A DNA stretch of 37,156 nt, taken from IMG/VR virus record IMGVR_UViG_3300029183_000015, positions 1 through 37,156 of that record. One strand, 5' to 3'. Origin of the DNA: a virus (Duplodnaviria; Caudoviricetes). Of the stretch, positions 8,893-15,908 are shown piece after piece. Under the pieces are notes generated by a model that worked only from the letters and a program-made list of their open reading frames with translations, was not told where the DNA came from and did no database searches. Position numbers and translations under genes: made by a program. Each line of letters begins with the position of its first letter. Position 1 is the stretch's first letter.

Positions 8893-9276
8893 CTAAAACA
8901 TGTATTCTTCCACGTCCAAATTATCTTCTGGATTTTGGTAATTCTCCGCTTTCTCTTTCGCAGTTCCTTTGGCTCTTTGTTGGTACTGATTCCAGTTTTG
9001 CACGAAGTAACCTGAGATAGAAAACGAGTTATCCGAATTCACGATGTACTCGATACCTTCCTCATCAATCCAAAATCCGGTCTGCGTAGGCGCTTCTGCT
9101 CTTAATGGATTCACTTCATCGAGTAAGTCTTTCGTTTCGGGCACGGTCTTTGAGTACCGCTTGTCAAGCATCGCCTGTACTTCGCGGTAATTCTGTTTGC
9201 TGGCTACCGACATGACCTCATCTATCGTGAGACCTTGTCCAGACCAATCATTGAGAAGGTAAAGTGGTTTGCTCAT
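8893..9276 (-). CDS. Hypothetical protein
   Basis: 127 aa; TAATG coupling. Confidence 0.6.
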   Translation of the reverse strand: MSKPLYLLNDWSGQGLTIDEVMSVASKQNYREVQAMLDKRYSKTVPETKDLLDEVNPLRAEAPTQTGFWIDEEGIEYIVNSDNSFSISGYFVQNWNQYQQRAKGTAKEKAENYQNPEDNLDVEEYMF

Positions 9277-9929
9277 TAGCAGCTACAAGTAAAAGGGTTT
9301 ACGATTGCTCTGTCTTCGACTTTGATTTCGCGGTAGATTTCGTAGTGATTCCAGAATTCATCGTTTTTCCACATGTTGTTGAACGCGTCTCTATCATCAT
9401 CGGACGATAGTATTCCTCCTTCTTCCCAATGAACATCTCCTTTGGCGTGATCGTCTGCGTAGTCCATCATTACACTAAAGGAAACTCGTTGGTTGTCGGC
9501 GTAGTCCCTGAGCCATTTCTCAGCGCGTTCTCGTAAAATCTCTCTACAATCATCTAGCGTTTCAAATACCGAATTTCGTGCCTCTATAGCCATTCGGTGT
9601 AGCTTGCCTGAAGGCTTATCTACTACCGGGTGTGTCCACTGGTGAACCATGTCCGTGACGGTATTGGGAAACAAAAACAGATAAACACTGTCTCCTTTTT
9701 GTGGGCAGTCTTTCAGAAACGGGTCAAGAATACCAATGTGATTATCGGGGTCGATGTTCTTTTCAACTAATACTCCTTTGTCGCTGTAACCCGCGATTCC
9801 CAAATGATCTCCCGCTTTGAGGTTATCCTCATTTATGATTACAGACAAAACAGCAACGTGAATTGCATCTTTGCCGTGATGGTTGACTCCGTTTAGTTTT
9901 TGTCCGATTAACTCTTGTGTGTCGTTCAC
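9276..9929 (-). CDS. Conserved phage protein, KDAIH...CSC family (paralogue of 10519-11100)
   Basis: KDAIHVAV, IGILDPFL, FLFPNTVT..HQWTHP, C-terminal FTCSC. Confidence 0.7.
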   Translation of the reverse strand: MNDTQELIGQKLNGVNHHGKDAIHVAVLSVIINEDNLKAGDHLGIAGYSDKGVLVEKNIDPDNHIGILDPFLKDCPQKGDSVYLFLFPNTVTDMVHQWTHPVVDKPSGKLHRMAIEARNSVFETLDDCREILRERAEKWLRDYADNQRVSFSVMMDYADDHAKGDVHWEEGGILSSDDDRDAFNNMWKNDEFWNHYEIYREIKVEDRAIVNPFTCSC

Positions 9930-10519
9930 GATGTTTCTCCCCTTAGTTCTTCTTCGAGTTTCTCAAGTTCTTCTTTGTGGGCAAATTTTAGTGGTGGGTT
10001 TTTCTTATCCACATATGCCATCACCTCTTTTTGCAGTTCCTCAAGTTCGTTTTCCTCTGCTAGTGTTCGCACGTCTTGGATGATTAATGCGTGTCTGCGC
10101 TGGTTGACAACTGTGAACAGCTTATGTTCTTTGCATTCATCACAGAGATTGTAATTCTCTTCAGTCGGTTGACATTCAAGGCAAATCTCGCAGTCTTCGC
10201 AAACAGTGGCGTAGTCACAATCCATCGCGGCCAAATTGCAAGACCTGCATTTGATCTCGTCTGCGTAGCTAAAGCCTGCAAGTCTCAGTACATGGTTGCG
10301 GTTTTCCCGGTGCGGTACTTTGTGTTCTGGTTTTAGCTTTCCCTCTTGTGTGTGCATGTCTACCACTTTGAGCAAATCGGGTTCTTCGACCAACTCATTT
10401 GGGTATTCGTAGTGAGAATTGGCTACCATCAAAGCCGTAGCTTCATCGCCTGCCCAGATGCACACAAACCAGCTCTCTTCATCGGGAGAATCGGTGTTTG
10501 ATATGGAGTAAAGGTTCAT
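9926..10519 (-). CDS. Cys-rich multi-zinc-finger protein
   Basis: Four CxxC pairs (CRSC, CEDC, CLEC, CDEC). Confidence 0.65.
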   Translation of the reverse strand: MNLYSISNTDSPDEESWFVCIWAGDEATALMVANSHYEYPNELVEEPDLLKVVDMHTQEGKLKPEHKVPHRENRNHVLRLAGFSYADEIKCRSCNLAAMDCDYATVCEDCEICLECQPTEENYNLCDECKEHKLFTVVNQRRHALIIQDVRTLAEENELEELQKEVMAYVDKKNPPLKFAHKEELEKLEEELRGETS

Positions 10520-11100
10520 TAGCAGCTACACCTAAAGTACGCGTAAGTATCGACTTCGATTCCCGTGTAGTTCTCGAAGTGAAACCACATAGTCTCTTGT
10601 TTTTCCTCACCCATCATTCTGAACATGTCCGTAGCGTGGTTGTGGTCTCTCAAATCCACCATATCCTCTTTCTCATGGCTTTCTTTCATTGCCTGCATGA
10701 GAAACATAAAATCGATTTCTGCCCACTTCGCTAAATCCTGTAGCCATTTTTTGGAATAGTCTCTACTGCGTTTTGTTGACTCAGCTTTCGGTGCATTTGG
10801 CAATTTGATATTCGGGTGTGTCCAGTCGTGGCGCAAATTCGTTACCGTGCCGGGAAACAAAAACATGAGAAACTGATCGTCTATTCGCGTGGAGGTGCGC
10901 AAGTACGGATCACAAATGCCGATAGCGTCAGAGGGATGAAATGCCGTCTTGACACGAAATCCTTGTTTCTTGGGATTCTCAGATTTAGCAAGCTTTGCAC
11001 CGGGAACAATAATCTCATCGGCAAAAACAGGCATCACCGGAATGTGGATTGCGTCTTTGTGATGCTCGCCAACAAGTATTTTTCCTACGTAGTCTTGCAT
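10519..11100 (-). CDS. Conserved phage protein, KDAIH...CSC family (paralogue of 9276-9929)
   Basis: KDAIHIPV, IGICDPYL, FLFPGTVT..HDWTHP, C-terminal FRCSC. Confidence 0.7.
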   Translation of the reverse strand: MQDYVGKILVGEHHKDAIHIPVMPVFADEIIVPGAKLAKSENPKKQGFRVKTAFHPSDAIGICDPYLRTSTRIDDQFLMFLFPGTVTNLRHDWTHPNIKLPNAPKAESTKRSRDYSKKWLQDLAKWAEIDFMFLMQAMKESHEKEDMVDLRDHNHATDMFRMMGEEKQETMWFHFENYTGIEVDTYAYFRCSC

Positions 11101-11102
11101 TG

Positions 11103-11654
11103 CTATACCTTAGCTTGTGTTAGTCCCGCTTGGTTCTGGTATTTCCCGTTTCTATCCGCGTAAGTGGCATTGCACTTGCCACCTTCAAAGAAAATCACTT
11201 GGCAAATTCCTTCACCGGGATAAATGCTCACTGGCATGGGAAGCGAGTTGTAGATTTCAAGTGTCAGCACACCTTTCCAACCGGGTTCCAAAGGTGTCAT
11301 TGAAACGATAATTCCCGTACGCGCGTAAGTCGATTTGCCAACACAAACACCCATTACGTAATCTGGCATATGAAAAGTTTCGATGCTCTCGCCTAGGACA
11401 AAAGATTTCCCTTCCAGTACGAGAGGTTCGCCTTTGACCATCTCAAATGTGATGTAGTCGTCAGCTGTGATGTTTTTGGGGTCAAGTACCTGTCCGTTGT
11501 CTACAAATTGAGAGAACTTGTACCCGCATCGCAAGTCGTAGCCATAACTCGACTCACCATAGGAGATGACTCTATCTTGCTCTACCAGATTGGTGTGTGG
11601 TAGGTGTGGTCTGAGGATGTTTTTTTCACATATTTTGTGGTCAGGTAGAATCAA
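11103..11654 (-). CDS. dcd: dCTP deaminase
   Basis: ISYGESSYGYDLR, GKSTYARTG, TPLEPGWKGVLTLEI, GEGICQVIF, YADRNGKYQNQ. Confidence 0.93.
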   Translation of the reverse strand: MILPDHKICEKNILRPHLPHTNLVEQDRVISYGESSYGYDLRCGYKFSQFVDNGQVLDPKNITADDYITFEMVKGEPLVLEGKSFVLGESIETFHMPDYVMGVCVGKSTYARTGIIVSMTPLEPGWKGVLTLEIYNSLPMPVSIYPGEGICQVIFFEGGKCNATYADRNGKYQNQAGLTQAKV

Positions 11655-11655
11655 T

Positions 11656-12018
11656 TTAGTACCTCATTTGAATATCGAAATCGTTTGATTGTTTGAGATA
11701 GTAATGTTGTACATTTTCATCTTGCGTTTCATACGTCCAAAAACCACCGGGTGTTAGAGCCACTTGTATCCCGTCCGCGTTTCCGGTTACGTACAGTTTC
11801 TTTCCTACAAGAGAATTTACCATCACATCTTTTACTGTTTTGTGGGAAACCACACCACTCTCAGAGACGTTGTACGGTGGTGGTTCTGGGATTCCTTCTT
11901 TGCATGATGGTGGCCCTTCATTGGCGTGAATGTCCAAAAGCCAACGTCCATTAGCCCAGACCCAAAACCATCCCTCATGTTCGATTTTAACCTCATTCAT
12001 CACATAAACCTCTTCCAA
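11656..12018 (-). CDS. Hypothetical protein
   Basis: ORF in the operon; start uncertain. Confidence 0.5.
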   Translation of the reverse strand: MEEVYVMNEVKIEHEGWFWVWANGRWLLDIHANEGPPSCKEGIPEPPPYNVSESGVVSHKTVKDVMVNSLVGKKLYVTGNADGIQVALTPGGFWTYETQDENVQHYYLKQSNDFDIQMRY

Positions 12019-12251
12019 CAGTTGTTATCTTTGTCACGTACAACACCATACTCTTTTAGCTTTTGCCGGTCGTCGAAACTTAGGTGTTGCGGCTCGACGT
12101 CGTAGAGAATGTGCAAAATCCCCTCTTTCGGACAAGCTAATCTCACGATTTTGTCATCTTGGTAAACGTGCTTTGAGAGCAGTTTGCACGCTTCGTATAT
12201 TTGCTCGAAATCCTTCACGATTTTTCTCCTAAAAAGTCCGGTACTTACCAC
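12000..12251 (-). CDS. Hypothetical protein
   Basis: ORF in the operon; true start may be the GTG near 12218 after AGGAG. Confidence 0.5.
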   Translation of the reverse strand: MVSTGLFRRKIVKDFEQIYEACKLLSKHVYQDDKIVRLACPKEGILHILYDVEPQHLSFDDRQKLKEYGVVRDKDNNCWKRFM

Positions 12252-12276
12252 AGCCTTGACAGTGACTTACCACATT

Positions 12277-12569
12277 CTGCTCGTTGAGTCGAGCAGTCGG
12301 TTAGATAATACTCTCACCACGCCGTAACAGCGCAGTTAAATAAGCTACCGGACTAAAGCAAGGCAACTTACTGCTTGACAACGTGTCTGCGCGTAGCGTA
12401 GCACGTTGTAGAGATTGCTGCGCGAGGAAGGCGGTAGCCCGCGCCAATCTCGTTACACCCATAACGGAAGGTTTCCCTCAAGGGAAACTGGAAGGTGTTA
12501 GGATGTAAGTTGAAGTAGGCTAAACTTCGTCCCAAGACGTTGCGCCTCAGATTACACTCACCTTGCTTT
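12277..12569 (+). ncRNA. Candidate ~300-nt highly structured RNA of unknown class
   Basis: At least six hairpins plus long-range complementarities; G-U pairs and a GCAA tetraloop favour the + strand. Confidence 0.55.
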
Positions 12570-12575
12570 TCAAAT

Positions 12576-12653
12576 CTCCCGCGCCAGGACTTGAACCTGA
12601 GAACTTTACGAGATTAGCTAATTCCCTGAACGTCTCCAACAGACAACGCGAGA
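12576..12653 (-). ncRNA. tRNA-like RNA / degenerate tRNA (78 nt)
   Basis: 7-bp acceptor TCTCGCG/CGCGGGA, T arm TCAGG-TTCAAGT-CCTGG, short D hairpin GTCT-GTTGG-AGAC, irregular anticodon arm. Confidence 0.65.
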
Positions 12654-12660
12654 ATAAAAG

Positions 12661-12791
12661 CGCCGTAGCAAGGAATCGAACCTTCCAGTGACACAAAATC
12701 ACACGGGAATCCTGATGGCAATCGAGTAAAACAACACTTTTCGGAGTAATGAGAAACACCTCATAAGTGATTGCCAAATATCCACTACGGC
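12661..12791 (-). ncRNA. Oversized tRNA-like RNA (131 nt)
   Basis: Perfect 7-bp acceptor GCCGTAG/CTACGGC+G and T arm AAGG-TTCGATT-CCTT enclosing an 8-bp TGGCAATC/GATTGCCA domain and extra hairpins. Confidence 0.65.
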
Positions 12792-12796
12792 AAAAA

Positions 12797-12870
12797 GACA
12801 AGAACAAGTATATCATCTAGAAGTAGTGGCGGTTTGATGTTTCTGGCACTACTTCTAACCTGCTCTTGTC
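12797..12870 (-). ncRNA. Rod-shaped hairpin RNA (13 bp + 11 bp stems, 8-nt bulge)
   Basis: GACAAGAGCAGGT/ACTTGTTCTTGTC (two G-U pairs on the - strand) stacked on TAGAAGTAGTG/CACTACTTCTA; followed by TTTTT. Confidence 0.55.
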
Positions 12871-12872
12871 AT

Positions 12873-12945
12873 CAAGACGCGTAGGACTCGAACCTACAAC
12901 CACCGGTTTTGGAAACCAGCGCTCTGCCAATTGAGCTAGCGCCTC
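12873..12945 (-). tRNA. trnW: tRNA-Trp (anticodon CCA), 3' CCA not encoded
   Basis: Canonical cloverleaf: GAGGCGC/GCGTCTT, D arm GCTC..GAGC, CTGGT-TTCCAAA-ACCGG, GTAGG-TTCGAGT-CCTAC, discriminator G. Confidence 0.93.
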
Positions 12946-12947
12946 AC

Positions 12948-13072
12948 TGCTTGGTACTTACGTCCGTTTCATAAGGGTCACACCCGCTAGCCATGCAATC
13001 GCTAGCGGTGTTTTAATTGCAAGACCAGAAACACTTATCACGGCGTTACGCCGCACGTACTGCTACCAAGCA
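12948..13072 (-). ncRNA. Candidate 125-nt multibranch RNA with possible pseudoknot
   Basis: 9-bp terminal stem TGCTTGGTA/TACCAAGCA, nested stems, TGCAAT/ATTGCA complementarity; ends 2 nt before tRNA-Trp. Confidence 0.55.
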
Positions 13073-13087
13073 TCTCACACCCACGTT

Positions 13088-13294
13088 TTACAAAGATTCA
13101 ACAGGCACCACATCAACGTGATGGGATTCTTGATCTTGATCGGCGAACACAAGTTGGTATCCTTGTTCTTCTCGCGATAACACTTCTTGCAGAAATTCAC
13201 GCATCTCGACAATCGCGTTTGCTTGATCAGATGTGATTGTTTCGGTTCGGTGGTCGATTGGTTCCAATTGTTCCAGATAGTATGCTGTGTCCAT
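13088..13294 (-). CDS. Hypothetical acidic protein
   Basis: AAGGAG RBS, 68 aa. Confidence 0.55.
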   Translation of the reverse strand: MDTAYYLEQLEPIDHRTETITSDQANAIVEMREFLQEVLSREEQGYQLVFADQDQESHHVDVVPVESL

Positions 13295-13305
13295 TCAGGT
13301 TCTCC

Positions 13306-13569
13306 TTAGTCAAATTCGATTTTCTCATCCACTGTGTGCGCTGGTGTGTACTTGCCTTCCTTGGTTTGGAGCAACACTACTTTACCGTCTACCGCTCCGT
13401 AGATTTCTTTGTAGACTCTCACGTTAGGTTTGCTCATATCTTGAAACCATTGAGGTTCTTGATAGCCAAAAATCAAACGTGCCGGGCTTTTTACTTTTGG
13501 TGGCTCGCGTATGACGATCTCAAGATAACCATCAACTATTTCAGATGAGAGTAGTTCTTTTTGTGACAT
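13306..13569 (-). CDS. Hypothetical phage protein
   Basis: TAATG coupling, 87 aa. Confidence 0.6.
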   Translation of the reverse strand: MSQKELLSSEIVDGYLEIVIREPPKVKSPARLIFGYQEPQWFQDMSKPNVRVYKEIYGAVDGKVVLLQTKEGKYTPAHTVDEKIEFD

Positions 13570-14009
13570 TAGTGATCGTGTCCGTGTGCTGAGACTAACT
13601 TTCCAATTAACTCACCAACCCAAATTTGAGATTCAACCACGTCCTCACCGTCTTGCTCCACTTTGTAGATTCGGGCCTGATGGTGGTCGTTTTTGGTTTC
13701 AAATACCAAAATACGGTCATCGTTTGTGGTCGATTTGTATTTCTCACCGTCTTTGACCGGTGAATCGACCTTGAACGCTCCGTGTAGGCCATGTGTGGCC
13801 GTTTCACCTGAGATGGTTAGGGTGTTTAGCTTGATGCTGTAAACGCTTTCCTTGGCGCTTGTTTCGCGTGGATCACCTATCATGGATCGGACGTTCTGAA
13901 ATCCTGCATATGACCCCAGCGCCACTGCTAAAATAGCAGCTGCACCCCACGCCCACATGTGGTTACGCTTGAGAAATCCTTCAGGCTTGTCTTTTTGTAC
14001 GAAGTCCAT
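13569..14009 (-). CDS. Membrane-anchored protein
   Basis: N-terminal TM helix; TAATG coupling at both ends. Confidence 0.6.
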   Translation of the reverse strand: MDFVQKDKPEGFLKRNHMWAWGAAAILAVALGSYAGFQNVRSMIGDPRETSAKESVYSIKLNTLTISGETATHGLHGAFKVDSPVKDGEKYKSTTNDDRILVFETKNDHHQARIYKVEQDGEDVVESQIWVGELIGKLVSAHGHDH

Positions 14010-14698
14010 TACTTTTTCACCTTTCCCATTATCATTAACCGGACTAAACTTGCTACCGTGAGACTTTTCCAGTAGCTCATATGACTGGCTAAAACAAATT
14101 CCTGGTCGTTTAATTTACAATTCGTGACATTTGCGTATAGGGAATTATACAAGTCGTTATCCCATGCGACAATGTCAGTGGGGTAGTAAAAGTTTGCCCA
14201 CGGGGCCCCGATGTTGACCGGTGTACCTTTTTTGGGTTTTCGTGAGAATGGGATGAGGTTATGTGCGACATTGAGAGGACTACCCATTGTGACAAGTCCT
14301 GCGACTTTCAATTTCTCATCCTGGATTGCGTGAAGGGCAATTACCGTTCCCCACGAGTGCGCAATGATGACGGGTGGTTTGGGATAGGATTTCACTGTAG
14401 CTGCGAAGTCTTGCTTGACTTCCCCACCGTGCGCTAGATACCAAGGTGCATCAAGCAAAAGATCACTTACCGTTTTGGCTTGTTTGGAGAATACGGGAAC
14501 TGTCTTTTCGACCCACTCATCGTATTCCTTGTGGTCGGCTTTTGCTTCCCAATAGTATTCATCCCATTTGAAATCGACTCCCGCTTCGCAACCAATGCAA
14601 GAGACGTTGTTTCTCAGCTCAAACGAGTAACCTTTGTGGCTATCGGGTGTGCGTTTGTCTGAGATTCCGTGGATTGCTAAGACTGGTGTGTATTGCAT
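14009..14698 (-). CDS. Alpha/beta-fold hydrolase (lipase/esterase-like)
   Basis: AIHGI oxyanion motif, IIAHSWG nucleophile elbow, VTMGSP, D(IV), SHMSYW; GGGAG RBS before ATG 14698. Confidence 0.8.
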   Translation of the reverse strand: MQYTPVLAIHGISDKRTPDSHKGYSFELRNNVSCIGCEAGVDFKWDEYYWEAKADHKEYDEWVEKTVPVFSKQAKTVSDLLLDAPWYLAHGGEVKQDFAATVKSYPKPPVIIAHSWGTVIALHAIQDEKLKVAGLVTMGSPLNVAHNLIPFSRKPKKGTPVNIGAPWANFYYPTDIVAWDNDLYNSLYANVTNCKLNDQEFVLASHMSYWKSLTVASLVRLMIMGKVKK

Positions 14699-14700
14699 GT

Positions 14701-14910
14701 TTACTCCCTTCTGGCGATTGCTGCGTTTGCCCACATGATAGCCTGTTCAATGTTGGTAAACGCAAGTGATTTCTCTCGGCTTTCTGGGCAAATCTCATTT
14801 ACCATTTCAGTAAACTGCCTTGCCATTGCTCTCAGCTTTCCGTACCGGTCTACTTGATCACCTTTTGGCGCGTGGTAGGTAAAGCGAATGTCAATTTCGT
14901 TTTGTTCCAT
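14701..14910 (-). CDS. Acb2/Tad1-like helical hairpin protein (putative anti-defence nucleotide sponge)
   Basis: RFTYHAP...CPESREKSLAFTNIEQAIMWANAAIAR pattern. Confidence 0.7.
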   Translation of the reverse strand: MEQNEIDIRFTYHAPKGDQVDRYGKLRAMARQFTEMVNEICPESREKSLAFTNIEQAIMWANAAIARRE

Positions 14911-15434
14911 CAGAGTTCCTTTTCGATTAAGTCGGCGAGTTGGTTAAACGACATTTTCTTTAATTTGCTATCCTGTACGAGCTTCTCAACCGTGGATTGC
15001 AAAAGACCACAGTAAGACAAAATGCTTCGCGATGGGTATTCGTCTTGTCCGTCGTGGGTGTAGTGTGTTCCTAAATCGTGTGTTTGTGGCGCAGACCAGA
15101 GCTTCGAGTTTTTCTTGTCGCACAAAACACCTAAAGGACACCACACCTCTAAGGGTTCTCCACCGGCTTTTTCAAAGTACCGCATGAAGTAGCCTTTTGT
15201 GGTTTTGATGTACTTGCCGCTACGAAGTCCCGCAAGCCAGCGTTTTTTCATCACAGCGTGCATTCGCGGTTGGTTTTTGAACACACTTGATGTGTAGTTG
15301 TTTTCTGGTGGCGTAGCAGGCTTGCGGCTTTTCATTTGCCGTGGCTGTTGTGCTTTGTCTAGCGCTTCTTTGAGCTTCTTGTTGGCTTTTCCTGCTTTGA
15401 CGTATTTGGGGTTTTTCTTAGTTGCTGTTGGCAT
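14910..15434 (-). CDS. Conserved phage hypothetical protein with basic N-terminus
   Basis: WLAGLRSGKY, CPLGVLCD, SFNQLADLIEKEL motifs, recalled as a widespread phage family. Confidence 0.6.
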   Translation of the reverse strand: MPTATKKNPKYVKAGKANKKLKEALDKAQQPRQMKSRKPATPPENNYTSSVFKNQPRMHAVMKKRWLAGLRSGKYIKTTKGYFMRYFEKAGGEPLEVWCPLGVLCDKKNSKLWSAPQTHDLGTHYTHDGQDEYPSRSILSYCGLLQSTVEKLVQDSKLKKMSFNQLADLIEKEL

Positions 15435-15675
15435 TGTTCTCACCTTTCTGGTTGTCTAGTTTTTGTTGTTCTTTTTCTAGTTCCCGGTGTACCCACATCA
15501 TCGCGTCTTCGAGATAGGTCATAGCGATAGACTTTGCTCTTCCGTCTGGCAAACACGAATTGATACCATGTGCTAATGATGCTACTAATCCCACCAATCC
15601 TTTGTGGTTTGATTCTTGTTCGTAAGAACCGCCAGGAACATAATCGAACCGGTCTCTTAACTCTTCGTGTGTCAC
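15418..15675 (-). CDS. Second Acb2/Tad1-like hairpin protein
   Basis: RFDYVP...LPDGRAKSIAMTYLEDAMMWVHR; aligns by eye with 14701-14910. Confidence 0.6.
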   Translation of the reverse strand: MTHEELRDRFDYVPGGSYEQESNHKGLVGLVASLAHGINSCLPDGRAKSIAMTYLEDAMMWVHRELEKEQQKLDNQKGENNANSN

Positions 15676-15908
15676 CTTAGCTCCAATAATTGCTTTCTGA
15701 TCTCTTGTGATAGTTGTTCTGTTTTGTTTTCGTCTTCTTCGATTTTCCTATCCAAATCGGCCACCGCTTCGTCAGCATCTTTGAGATTTTCAAAACCCAT
15801 TTCTTTGAGTCTCTCAATCACTGCTTTTCGCTTTCCTTCCTTCTCCGCTTCGGCCCGGCTTAATGCCTCTACTTGCCTTTTGGCTTTCTCAAATTCGCTT
15901 GCGTTCAC
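15672..15908 (-). CDS. Small coiled-coil protein coupled to SbcD (possible Rad50 coil segment)
   Basis: 78 aa, charged heptads; GTGA overlaps. Confidence 0.65.
   Translation of the reverse strand: MNASEFEKAKRQVEALSRAEAEKEGKRKAVIERLKEMGFENLKDADEAVADLDRKIEEDENKTEQLSQEIRKQLLELR

Noticed and set aside
12471-12488. GTTTCCC...GGGAAAC as an internal primer chimera
   Set aside because: Only 7 nt match the primer and the sequence forms a self-contained hairpin
12277-12569. Group I intron or RNase P RNA
   Set aside because: Only weak resemblance to P7 elements, no interrupted host gene, and no GAGGAAAGUCC-type RNase P core found by eye
12661-12791. tmRNA call
   Set aside because: Far too short, no G3-U70 pair, and no convincing tag reading frame or tmRNA pseudoknots
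12547-12816. 89-aa ORF in the track
   Set aside because: Overlaps two tRNA-like elements and has no recognisable protein features; likely spurious
12948-13072. Hammerhead ribozyme
   Set aside because: GAAAC is present but the CUGANGA core is absent
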